Of a stretch of DNA of 64,000 nt, positions 33,778 to 42,533 are shown in pieces. Made by a program: the position numbers and the translations under genes. The stretch's first letter is position 1, and the number at the start of each line of letters is the position of its first letter. The stretch comes from a virus (Duplodnaviria; Heunggongvirae; Uroviricota; Caudoviricetes), in IMG/VR virus record IMGVR_UViG_3300046003_006038, positions 1-64,000 of that record; one strand, 5' to 3'. Below the pieces are notes generated by a model. It ran no database searches. It saw nothing but the letters and a program-made list of their open reading frames with translations, and was not told the origin of the DNA.

Positions 33778-35432
33778 TAATTAATTAATTTTTTAAAATA
33801 CTTATTAAATAACTGATCATTGTCGTAAGCGTACTGTTTAGCTTTTTCAAAATTCTCTTTAATATATTCCTCTCTGGAGAGGTAATCCTGTTCTGTTAGG
33901 TTGTTAATTATTTCAAGAAGCTCTTCCTCTGTATTAAATATAAGAAAACCTTTTGTATTAAAAAACTCACTAATATTTTTACAACCTCTGTAAATTGGAA
34001 TAACCCCTGTTAGAAAACAGTCTAATATTTTTTCTGTAAAATAATTATCATGTACTCCATTTTCAATTGCTATAGAAAATTTATAATCTCTTAGCCCTTC
34101 AATTTTACCTTGAACTTCTCTTATGCCCACTCCGTATAGATCTACATTAGGTATTTTAAGGTCAATAATCTTTTGAGCACATCCTACCCTAAACCTATGC
34201 CCCTCTGTCATTCCTTTGTTAGAAGTAATAAAAGAGATATGTTTCGGTTTATCTCTGTATATCTGAATTAAGGTACTATCCTGAAGAAGTGGATGTTCTG
34301 CTCTGTGTACATTTTTATTTAAAACAGCTTCGTAACCTCCATTTCTAAACACGGCATTCGGTAACTTAAGTAACTCTTTATCGAAAGTTAGTATTAGGTC
34401 AAACATTTGGCTATTCTCTTGCACAGCAGTATATACTTCGTTCTGGGAGAGTAGGTGTGGAGCTTCATGTACATCTGCTACAATCAGTCCCCTATTTATT
34501 TTTATCTCACCTTTTACAAATCTTAGTATTTCTGTATCTTCAATAAGAGTTATGTCAAATTCCCCATCTTGTAAATTATACGTATAAGAAAATGTCTGAG
34601 GTATACTATTCTTTTCTCTAAAGCTACCTACTATGTTTATTTGAGGTAATTTTTCACCTGACAGGTTCTCCTTATACTTCTTTCTATTTCTAATTTCTAT
34701 TTCGTACTTACTGTTATCAATACTTTCTCTTTCGTGAGTACGTACTTGATTAGCCTTACTGTGGTTGTACACACAGTCGTAAAAATCTACTACTTGAATC
34801 TTCTCTTTAGGGCACATCTCCATACACGGATATTGGAAAGCTAAATCTGCTGCATGCCAATAATACTCCCCATCTTGTAAAGACCTTAAATCCTCTAGCT
34901 TAACTGCTTGCAATAGAAATGCCCTATAGGTCCTTAAGTGAGAAGCTCTCCAGTGATCTTGACGGTACATTTTATATTTATGTACAAAATCTGAATGCTC
35001 TGTTGATTGAGGATATGGTAGTGTTGATTCTGCTTCTGGTCCATTCCATACAATGAATCCTCCATATGTCATCCAGCAGTCTTTTTCATTATAAAAAGCA
35101 TTAAGCTTTTCTAAAACTGTTTCATCATATAACCAGTCATCCCCATCTAAGTGAATTACTATCTCTTCAGGATCCTCTATATAATCGTTTAGGTTATGGA
35201 AGTAGTTATACATAGCTCCTTTATTTTGAGAATTTTTTATAACATTCCAATTAGGAAGCTCTCCTACAACTTCTTTTACTTTTTCATAAGTATTATCTGT
35301 AGAAGCATCATCTATATAGGTAACTTTGTAGTTTGTATATGTTTGGTTTAGAATACTTGCAAGATTGTATTCAATCCACTCTTCATTGTTATAGGAGGGT
35401 GTTATTATTCTAAACTTATTTTGCTTTTCCAT
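33777..35432 (-). CDS. two-domain glycosyltransferase: N-terminal GT2 + C-terminal GT10-like (alpha-1,3-fucosyltransferase motif)
   Basis: N-terminus IITPSYNNEEWIEYNLASILNQTY...IDDASTDNT (GT2). C-terminus YKFSIAIENGVHDNYFTEK matches GT10 (YKFxLAFENS..DYVTEK). Confidence 0.6.
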   Translation of the reverse strand: MEKQNKFRIITPSYNNEEWIEYNLASILNQTYTNYKVTYIDDASTDNTYEKVKEVVGELPNWNVIKNSQNKGAMYNYFHNLNDYIEDPEEIVIHLDGDDWLYDETVLEKLNAFYNEKDCWMTYGGFIVWNGPEAESTLPYPQSTEHSDFVHKYKMYRQDHWRASHLRTYRAFLLQAVKLEDLRSLQDGEYYWHAADLAFQYPCMEMCPKEKIQVVDFYDCVYNHSKANQVRTHERESIDNSKYEIEIRNRKKYKENLSGEKLPQINIVGSFREKNSIPQTFSYTYNLQDGEFDITLIEDTEILRFVKGEIKINRGLIVADVHEAPHLLSQNEVYTAVQENSQMFDLILTFDKELLKLPNAVFRNGGYEAVLNKNVHRAEHPLLQDSTLIQIYRDKPKHISFITSNKGMTEGHRFRVGCAQKIIDLKIPNVDLYGVGIREVQGKIEGLRDYKFSIAIENGVHDNYFTEKILDCFLTGVIPIYRGCKNISEFFNTKGFLIFNTEEELLEIINNLTEQDYLSREEYIKENFEKAKQYAYDNDQLFNKYFKKLIN

Positions 35433-36376
35433 TTATCTATACTGTAATATTTCTTGTAATTTTCCTTAGACGTTGTACTACATTTCTGATAAAACTCTTT
35501 ATCATCTCTTAACCTTTCAGCCAGCATTACTGCTTTCTCTACATCCTCTACATCTACTGCTAGGTCTGGATGACAAAGTCTTTGTGTGTCTACTTTCTCA
35601 TTTCCTATACAAGGTATACCGAAGTAAGCACAATTCAAACTAAATGTACCAGCTGCAACGGTTGGCATAAGGTGTACAGCGTATTTGAATGAACTTAACT
35701 GTTCCATCCAATCTGTCCACATAACTCTTGGTAAATGATTTATCAACTGATCCTCTCCCTCTCTCATTGCATGAGAAGTCTGTCCCCATATTGGAACATC
35801 AAACCTCTGTGCTACTGTAAAGCTTTCCATACCTCCATACCATCTAGCAAAATTACCTCCTATAATAACTTTTTCTTCTCTAATAGGTTGAATATCTTCT
35901 ACTATAGAATCAATCATTAGAGTAGGAATAACGTGCACAGGTACGTTAGTAAACATTCCTTTATAGTATTTTACATCGTGTTGGTTATGTGCAAAGATAC
36001 CGTCTGAGGAGATGAGCATATTATAGAATAATACTTGATCGATCATTTTATAATCATTCCACCACCAGTGAGGTCCTTCCTGAACTATATACACTTTTTT
36101 ATTGGTAAGCTTTAATCTCTCTACTGGCTCTTTTATTAAAAGTTCACTTACTGGATTCTGATCATCTGCAAGTTGACTTCCTTCTGCACTTAAGTATAAC
36201 TTTCCTTTAGGAAAAATAATAAAGACATGATCATATCCCTCTACTTCTTGAAAGTGATGTATGTACCTATGATCGGCATTTAAAGCATGCATCCAAGCAA
36301 ACTCTGTTCGCATATTAGAGTGGTTAGAGGGAATCTTTCCCTCAAAACCCATCTCTGTTAGGAATGCTATCTTCAT
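35405..36376 (-). CDS. hypothetical protein in glycan locus
   Basis: ORF in track. Confidence 0.55.
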   Translation of the reverse strand: MKIAFLTEMGFEGKIPSNHSNMRTEFAWMHALNADHRYIHHFQEVEGYDHVFIIFPKGKLYLSAEGSQLADDQNPVSELLIKEPVERLKLTNKKVYIVQEGPHWWWNDYKMIDQVLFYNMLISSDGIFAHNQHDVKYYKGMFTNVPVHVIPTLMIDSIVEDIQPIREEKVIIGGNFARWYGGMESFTVAQRFDVPIWGQTSHAMREGEDQLINHLPRVMWTDWMEQLSSFKYAVHLMPTVAAGTFSLNCAYFGIPCIGNEKVDTQRLCHPDLAVDVEDVEKAVMLAERLRDDKEFYQKCSTTSKENYKKYYSIDKWKSKISLE

Positions 36377-36377
36377 A

Positions 36378-37688
36378 TTATTTATTGAAGAACTTATCTA
36401 CGATTGTTTCTATATATTCAATTTGCTCTAAAGTAATAACTGGAGAGCATCCTAAGAAGAAAGTATCTGTTGTTACTTTTCTTGATACTGGATATTTTTC
36501 AATTACTTCTTTAGGGTCAATTAAATGAGAGTATCCTGGCTGAAGCATAATGTTACCTGCAAAGTAAGGTCTTGTTTGAATCTTATTTGCTTCTAAGTAT
36601 TGACAGAACTCAGCTCTTGTAAAGTCCATTCCATCTTTAACTGTTAATGCAACTGCAAACCAATCTGGATCTGATTTATCAGTAGCTTTAGGAAGGATAA
36701 ACTTATCTTCATACTTTTTAAAGATGTCAACAATTGCTTTATGATTTCTTCTTCTTATTACTCCAATCTCTTCTAACTTACCTAACTGAACATTACCCAT
36801 TGCAGCTTGTAATTCAGTTGGTTTTAAATTGTAACCAATTTCTTCATAAGTATATTTATGGTCAAATATTTCATTAGGCAAACTTGGTAACCAATTGCTG
36901 AATCTTATTCCGCATGAACCGCACTCTAAAGCATTTGCCTTACCTTGACAGTAACATCCTCTACCCCAGTCTCTAAAACTTCTTAAGATTTTTTCTAGCT
37001 GTGGATCACTACATGCTACAAATCCTCCTTCACCCATCGTAATGTGATGTGCTGGATAGAATGAACATGAGGACATTTTACCGAATGATCCTAACATCTT
37101 ACCATTATAAGTTGTTCCTAAAGCATCACAGCAATCTTCTAATAAGATTAAATCGTATTTGTTTACAATTTCCATCAATCGATCCATGTTAGGTGGATTA
37201 CCTAATACGTGAGCAAATGTAACCACTTTAGCATCTGGATGATCAATACATGCTTGCTCTACTTGATCTAAATCTAAGTTTAAAGATTCTAATTCAATAT
37301 CAACAAAGATTGGTGTAAAGCCTGCTTGAATGGTAGGACTTAAAGTAGCTGGGAATCCAGCAATTGGAGTAATTACTTTCGTACCTTTTGGTAAGTTCAT
37401 TCCTCTTTTAGATGTTAAAGCTAACATCATTAGTAGATTAGCACTAGAACCGCTATTAACAATAACTCCGGTCTTGTGTCCTAGTTTTTTAGGAAACTTT
37501 CTTTCGAACATTGCTCCTTCTTTTCCTAAAACCAACCAACCTTCTAGCATAGTCTTAACTACAGCTTGATATTCTTTTTCGTCAAAATAAGGTCCGGCAT
37601 ACTGAACTAAGTCCTCTCCTGCTACCCACTTTTTTTCACTGTTCTTTTTTGTAATGTGCTCTTGTACTAAGCTTAAAATTTGATCCAT
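36378..37688 (-). CDS. NDP-4-keto-6-deoxyhexose 3-dehydratase (ColD/E1 family, DegT/DnrJ/EryC1 fold)
   Basis: SFYPAHHITMGEGG has His where aminotransferases of this fold have the PLP-Lys. CC...57 aa...CYC-X8-C-X2-C cysteine pattern as in E1-type [2Fe-2S] dehydrases. Start trimmed to MDQILSL after the promoter at 37698-37745. Confidence 0.6.
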   Translation of the reverse strand: MDQILSLVQEHITKKNSEKKWVAGEDLVQYAGPYFDEKEYQAVVKTMLEGWLVLGKEGAMFERKFPKKLGHKTGVIVNSGSSANLLMMLALTSKRGMNLPKGTKVITPIAGFPATLSPTIQAGFTPIFVDIELESLNLDLDQVEQACIDHPDAKVVTFAHVLGNPPNMDRLMEIVNKYDLILLEDCCDALGTTYNGKMLGSFGKMSSCSFYPAHHITMGEGGFVACSDPQLEKILRSFRDWGRGCYCQGKANALECGSCGIRFSNWLPSLPNEIFDHKYTYEEIGYNLKPTELQAAMGNVQLGKLEEIGVIRRRNHKAIVDIFKKYEDKFILPKATDKSDPDWFAVALTVKDGMDFTRAEFCQYLEANKIQTRPYFAGNIMLQPGYSHLIDPKEVIEKYPVSRKVTTDTFFLGCSPVITLEQIEYIETIVDKFFNK

Positions 37689-37697
37689 ATAACTGAT

Positions 37698-37745
37698 TTT
37701 ATTTGTTTTATTAATATATGAAATTATCTTATTGCTGGCAACTAT
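37698..37745 (-). promoter_or_regulatory. internal family promoter
   Basis: aatatatgaaattatcttattgctggcaact. Confidence 0.5.
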
Positions 37746-38721
37746 TTTTATAATAATTCTCCCAGTATTCAATCATTTCATCCAACATACTTTCAAAAGT
37801 ATATTCATGCTTCCATCCTGTTGTTTCAACTAACTTAGAGCAATCTCCTTTCAAGTCATGTAATTCTTCTGGACGTAAGAATTTTTCATCCTGCTTAACA
37901 TATTCCTTCCAATCTAATCCTAGCTTACTAAATACATATTCACATAACTCTTGTACCGAATGTGATACTCCTGTTGAGCAGATAAAATCATCTGGCTTGT
38001 CTTGTTGAAGTATTAACCACATTGCATAAACATAGTCCTTAGCATGACCCCAGTCTCTTGTGGCATCTAAGTTCCCTAGCTTTAATTCATTCGATAGACC
38101 TAATTTAATCTTAACTGCTTCTTTACATACTTTATTTGTAACAAAGTTTGTACCTCTGCGAGGTGATTCATGATTAAATAGGATACCGTTTGATACAAAC
38201 ATACCATAAGAGTTACGGTAATTTCTACTAATGTTATATGCAAATACCTTAGCACATCCGTAAGGTGATACTGGATTGAGTGGTGTAGTTTCTCTTTGAA
38301 ATCTATCCTCATCAATACTATTTCCAAACATTTCTGAAGATGATGCTTGGTATATTTTTGTTTTAGGGGATACAAGCCTTACTGCTTCAAGGATATTTAA
38401 TGTACCTATTCCTGTTGTATTGGCTGTATATAGGGGTTGGTCGAAGGATATTCTAACATGCGATTGTGCTGCTAAATTATATAATTCATCTGGCTGTACC
38501 TTTGCAACAACCCTTACCAGTGATGCTAGGTCTGTAAGGTCAGCGTACTCTAGCTTGATACTACTGTATACTGCATCTAATCTTGCTGTTTGATTTTCAG
38601 CTACAGAATTCCTCTTTACTGTTCCCCATACTTCATATCCCTTTTCTAGGAGTAATTCAGCTAAGTATGATCCGTCTTGTCCGTTTATTCCTGTTATAAG
38701 TGCTACTTTATTTTCTCGCAT
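37729..38721 (-). CDS. gmd: GDP-mannose 4,6-dehydratase
   Basis: KVALITGINGQDGSYLAELLLEKGYEVWG and NGILFNHESPRRG; near-collinear with E. coli Gmd. Confidence 0.85.
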   Translation of the reverse strand: MRENKVALITGINGQDGSYLAELLLEKGYEVWGTVKRNSVAENQTARLDAVYSSIKLEYADLTDLASLVRVVAKVQPDELYNLAAQSHVRISFDQPLYTANTTGIGTLNILEAVRLVSPKTKIYQASSSEMFGNSIDEDRFQRETTPLNPVSPYGCAKVFAYNISRNYRNSYGMFVSNGILFNHESPRRGTNFVTNKVCKEAVKIKLGLSNELKLGNLDATRDWGHAKDYVYAMWLILQQDKPDDFICSTGVSHSVQELCEYVFSKLGLDWKEYVKQDEKFLRPEELHDLKGDCSKLVETTGWKHEYTFESMLDEMIEYWENYYKNSCQQ

Positions 38722-39616
38722 TATCGTAATTTTCTATAAACCATTTAACTGTTTCTTTTATCCCTTGTTCAATTGAAGTGTACTTAAAGTCTGGAAGATA
38801 TCTTTTTACCTTTTCATTTGAAGAAGGTTTTCTAAATTGTCCATCTGGCTTATCTGTTTCAAAAATAATATTTCCTTTATAATTAAACTCCTCAGCTATT
38901 AGCCCTACCAAGTTTTTAATACTTATTTCCTCTGAGGTTGTAAATATGATTGGTTCTTCTTCGTCGTAATTCTCAACAGCCCATTTAGCTAATTCAGCTA
39001 CATCTTTAGAGTAGATAAATTCTCTTAAAGGCTTCCCCGTACCCCATACTTTGAAGTCTGTTTTATTTTGTATTGCTAAATACATTTTATGTAGAAGCAT
39101 CGGAACTACATGTCCATGTTCTAAAGAGAAGTTATCATTTGGTCCGTATATGTTTGTTGGAATTACAGAAGTATATTTCAATCCATACTGCTCTCTATAG
39201 GCTCTAATTTGTATATCTGCTAGACGTTTAGCATAGGCATAAGGATAGTTTGAACTGTGAGGAAATCCATTATGTACTTGGTCTTCTGTTAGAGGATAGT
39301 TTACTTTGTCTGGAAATACGCAGGTAGATAAAAATGATACTAGATTTGTAACTCCAGCCAATCTAGCTGATTCAATAACATTTGTATTGATCATTACATT
39401 ATCATATAAGTACTCTCCTTTGTACTTCATATTTCCTCCAAGACCTCCTACCTTTCCTGCACAGTGAATAACGTGAGTTGGTTTATGCCATTCAAACGCC
39501 TTTAGAGTTTCTTCTGGGTTGGTTAAATTATACTCTCTTCCTAATTTTACATCAGCATCAATAGCCGATCCTACCAATCCTTTTCCTCCTGTTACTAATA
39601 GTTTAGAGTGTGTCAT
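38708..39616 (-). CDS. GDP-L-fucose synthase-like 3,5-epimerase/4-reductase (Fcl/ColC family)
   Basis: LLVTGGKGLVGSAI; SNYPYAYAKRLADIQIRAY; IPTNIYGPNDNF; VWGTGKPLREF - collinear with E. coli Fcl. Confidence 0.8.
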   Translation of the reverse strand: MTHSKLLVTGGKGLVGSAIDADVKLGREYNLTNPEETLKAFEWHKPTHVIHCAGKVGGLGGNMKYKGEYLYDNVMINTNVIESARLAGVTNLVSFLSTCVFPDKVNYPLTEDQVHNGFPHSSNYPYAYAKRLADIQIRAYREQYGLKYTSVIPTNIYGPNDNFSLEHGHVVPMLLHKMYLAIQNKTDFKVWGTGKPLREFIYSKDVAELAKWAVENYDEEEPIIFTTSEEISIKNLVGLIAEEFNYKGNIIFETDKPDGQFRKPSSNEKVKRYLPDFKYTSIEQGIKETVKWFIENYDNARK

Positions 39617-40217
39617 AGTAATTATTTTGTTTTTCTTGTCTGTCGATTGTCTTTGGATGGTATAAGGCCCATTCCTCTTCTACCGGAAGCATACCATGTA
39701 TCTTAAATCCTTCTAATACTTCGTGTACTTTATTTTTCCATCTTATATGAGGAGCATTCTTATAGATTCTCATTTGCCAATCAGCCCAGTTGACCCATCC
39801 TTTTTCATTCACATGCCATCCCCACTTCTGAATATGTTCTTGAGTTAAACCCTCTACAGTATTTACTCTAGGGATTCTAAGCATATCGACATCATTAGTC
39901 TTCAGCATTTCAGGAAGATTTTGTATCAAATTGATATGAGGAATTTCATCAGCATCTATATTGAAGATATAATCTCCTGTACAGTATGATGTTAGTAAGT
40001 TTTTCCAATTAGCAAAATGATTTTCAAAATCATGAACTGCTACTGTAGTTTGGTGTGCTATTGAGGTTAGGTAGTCTTTTACTATCTGTGTTCCGTTCTT
40101 CTCATCAAATAGGATTACTATCTCATCTTCTGTACGTTTGTTGGAAAGGAGGAAAGAAACTAAACGTTTAATTTCCTCCAATTCATTACAAACTGTTATT
40201 GCATAACTAATTTTCAT
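39603..40217 (-). CDS. glycosyltransferase family 2 (small)
   Basis: ISYAITVCNELEEI...DADE (GT2-like, DxD). Confidence 0.55.
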   Translation of the reverse strand: MKISYAITVCNELEEIKRLVSFLLSNKRTEDEIVILFDEKNGTQIVKDYLTSIAHQTTVAVHDFENHFANWKNLLTSYCTGDYIFNIDADEIPHINLIQNLPEMLKTNDVDMLRIPRVNTVEGLTQEHIQKWGWHVNEKGWVNWADWQMRIYKNAPHIRWKNKVHEVLEGFKIHGMLPVEEEWALYHPKTIDRQEKQNNYYDTL

Positions 40218-40258
40218 ACTTAAATATATGAAATTTATTCTTTATCTGCAACTTCTAC
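40218..40258 (-). promoter_or_regulatory. family promoter heading the glycan locus
   Basis: cttaaatatatgaaatttattctttatctgcaact. Confidence 0.5.
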
Positions 40259-40693
40259 ATCAAAAAATCCTATTACTTCTAAGGCATCCATAAAATCTCT
40301 TTGACCAAATATTTGAAGGTTTCCCATATCCATCTTATGTGTTTGCCCTTTAGGGAAGTTTGCTTTTTCTTCCTCTACAATTTCGATAGCTTTTACTGCA
40401 GACCACATCCAATTATCTTTTGATGTACCGTCTAAGAATACCATTCCTTTACCTGGGATAGTGATTGTGGCTGGAAGCCATACCTTACCTGAATCATCTG
40501 TGTATAAGAGATCTTTGTATAGTTCCGGTGATGCTTCTAAGGTTTTGTTTACCAAATCTCCTCCCTCAACCATTAAGGTTGAAGTTGAATATCCGCAACC
40601 AAAGCAAAAGCTTGTTGTTACTTCTTCTGTTACTGCTTGTTCATAGCAAGCATTTCCTCCACAGTGTGGACAGTCTACCATTTTTTCTTCCAT
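40235..40693 (-). CDS. zinc-ribbon protein
   Basis: CPHCGG...C..FCFGCG cysteine pairs. Confidence 0.5.
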   Translation of the reverse strand: MEEKMVDCPHCGGNACYEQAVTEEVTTSFCFGCGYSTSTLMVEGGDLVNKTLEASPELYKDLLYTDDSGKVWLPATITIPGKGMVFLDGTSKDNWMWSAVKAIEIVEEEKANFPKGQTHKMDMGNLQIFGQRDFMDALEVIGFFDVEVADKE

Positions 40694-41235
40694 TATACTT
40701 TTTTAGTTATATACCAGGTATCATCATCTTCAGAGTACCCTTTATTAAATTCAAACTCACTACTATTTAATTTTCTAAACATGTTTTGAAAATAACTTAA
40801 TCTATCATCTTCAAGACCATCTCCATCATAAGGTTCAAATTTTATACCCTCACTATCAGTATTATTTAAAAAAGGAATGATTTCACTATTCATTACTTTT
40901 TGTAAAAATATTGCTTTAGGTAATCGATTTGGATCATTATCATCCCACTTAAACTGCTCTTCAGGAGTAGGTGCATTTAGATTTCCAAATTTCAATTCCC
41001 AAAAATTATCACTTGGATCATATACTAACCTAACTTCAAAAGGAGAACTATCATTAGTTCCTCTAAATTCTTTTGGTTTGAATATTATAATATTACCTTG
41101 GTTTAATTTTCTTACCCCCCATTGAGATATTTCAGTAAGGATGTATTGTTTTGTAGCTTCTTTCTTTTCTGTTAAGTTTGTATACTTACCTAATGACTGA
41201 TAAACTTCAGTTGCTAGTATTGTTAAAGCTCTCAT
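40693..41235 (-). CDS. hypothetical protein
   Basis: ORF in track. Confidence 0.55.
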   Translation of the reverse strand: MRALTILATEVYQSLGKYTNLTEKKEATKQYILTEISQWGVRKLNQGNIIIFKPKEFRGTNDSSPFEVRLVYDPSDNFWELKFGNLNAPTPEEQFKWDDNDPNRLPKAIFLQKVMNSEIIPFLNNTDSEGIKFEPYDGDGLEDDRLSYFQNMFRKLNSSEFEFNKGYSEDDDTWYITKKV

Positions 41236-42531
41236 TTATTGTATTTTCTTTAATTTTGGTAATTCTATTTTCTTAAGCTGTGGTAGCTTTAATTGAACTT
41301 GTTTTGGGAACTCAGGTACATACTGTGTTAGAAAAGAATCTAACGTCTCTCTCATCTTTTCGTATGAGAACTGTGTTCTACTCTTATGTCCTTGTCTCTT
41401 AGCAAGAGGTTTCCACTTTTCATAGTTGTCGTAGATGTCCTTAAATGCCTGACCTACCTGCACTGGATCTGCTGAGAACCATTGACTGTCGGTTAATATC
41501 ATATTAGGAACTGCCGCTGAAGGATGTACATTTGTAAGATTACCTCCTATGTATTTTACAAATTCTTTATCAAGAAAATCTACATGACCTGACCAAGCTG
41601 ATGCTATAATTGGTTTGTTTACTAGACTAAACTCTAATAGAGGTCTTCCAAACCCTTCTCCTTTTGTTAGAGAAACCATTGCTTTTACTTTACCGTAGTT
41701 GTATAGTTCGTTAATCTCTGTATCAGTCATGTCACCATGGAGTAGGTATACGTTAGGTAAATCACCTTTAACTGTCTTTCTTATTGCATCTATCCTGTCT
41801 AGCAGTTCTTCCCTATCCATAATAGATGTTCCTGATCCTGCTTGTACTTTCAGTAGTAGTGCCGGCCTTTTTCCTTTAGGTTTATTTTTAAATGTCTCCA
41901 GGAAAGTCTTAATGGTATACCCTATATTCTTCCTATCCTCTCCCATGATTCCAGGTAACCAATGTCCTACTGCTAAGAAGCAAAACATTTCATCTATCTC
42001 ATCAAATTTTAACTCTACAGGAAATGCAAGTGGGGAGTATTTTGTAATATCAGCTCCTTCAAACAACACCTCTACTTTTGACTTTAATACAAGTTCTCCC
42101 GTTACTTGACCTGTATTACTGTCCTGCATATTAAATTTTGAATCTTCAAATACTTTTTTTGCATGCTCAGAAGATACTAATACCAAGTCCATGTTATTAC
42201 ATCCCTGTATCCAGGTAGGATCACATACTGTAGTCTCAATTCCGGCTGTTACTCCTATATTATATTTACCTACTTTTTGAAATTCATTCGGTACTGTGAT
42301 CTGAATCCATATATCAGGCTGTTGTGTTAGTTGTGGTATGATTCTAGAGACTAAGGATTCGTTATTATGGTCTTTTAAGTATCCGAATCTAGTTCCTCCC
42401 CATCTCTGTGATAATATTTTTACATCATACTTATCTGTATCGATAATTGATTGTACAAAGTCTCTTGCTCTTGCTCCATATCCTGAGTAAGTATCAACTG
42501 GACAGCTTACTACTAATGTAGGTTTACTCAT
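41236..42531 (-). CDS. glycosyltransferase family 4 (GT-B, GT1-like)
   Basis: EGFGRPLLEFSLVNKPIIAS (E-X7-E region of GT4). Confidence 0.65.
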   Translation of the reverse strand: MSKPTLVVSCPVDTYSGYGARARDFVQSIIDTDKYDVKILSQRWGGTRFGYLKDHNNESLVSRIIPQLTQQPDIWIQITVPNEFQKVGKYNIGVTAGIETTVCDPTWIQGCNNMDLVLVSSEHAKKVFEDSKFNMQDSNTGQVTGELVLKSKVEVLFEGADITKYSPLAFPVELKFDEIDEMFCFLAVGHWLPGIMGEDRKNIGYTIKTFLETFKNKPKGKRPALLLKVQAGSGTSIMDREELLDRIDAIRKTVKGDLPNVYLLHGDMTDTEINELYNYGKVKAMVSLTKGEGFGRPLLEFSLVNKPIIASAWSGHVDFLDKEFVKYIGGNLTNVHPSAAVPNMILTDSQWFSADPVQVGQAFKDIYDNYEKWKPLAKRQGHKSRTQFSYEKMRETLDSFLTQYVPEFPKQVQLKLPQLKKIELPKLKKIQ

Positions 42532-42533
42532 AA

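Noticed and set aside
38100-38375. Nested minus-strand ORFs inside larger genes (38100..38375 in gmd, 61525..61878 in the MazG-like gene, 62083..62274, 18180..18371, 44145..44342).
   Set aside because: They are alternative-frame ORFs inside conserved, motif-bearing genes.
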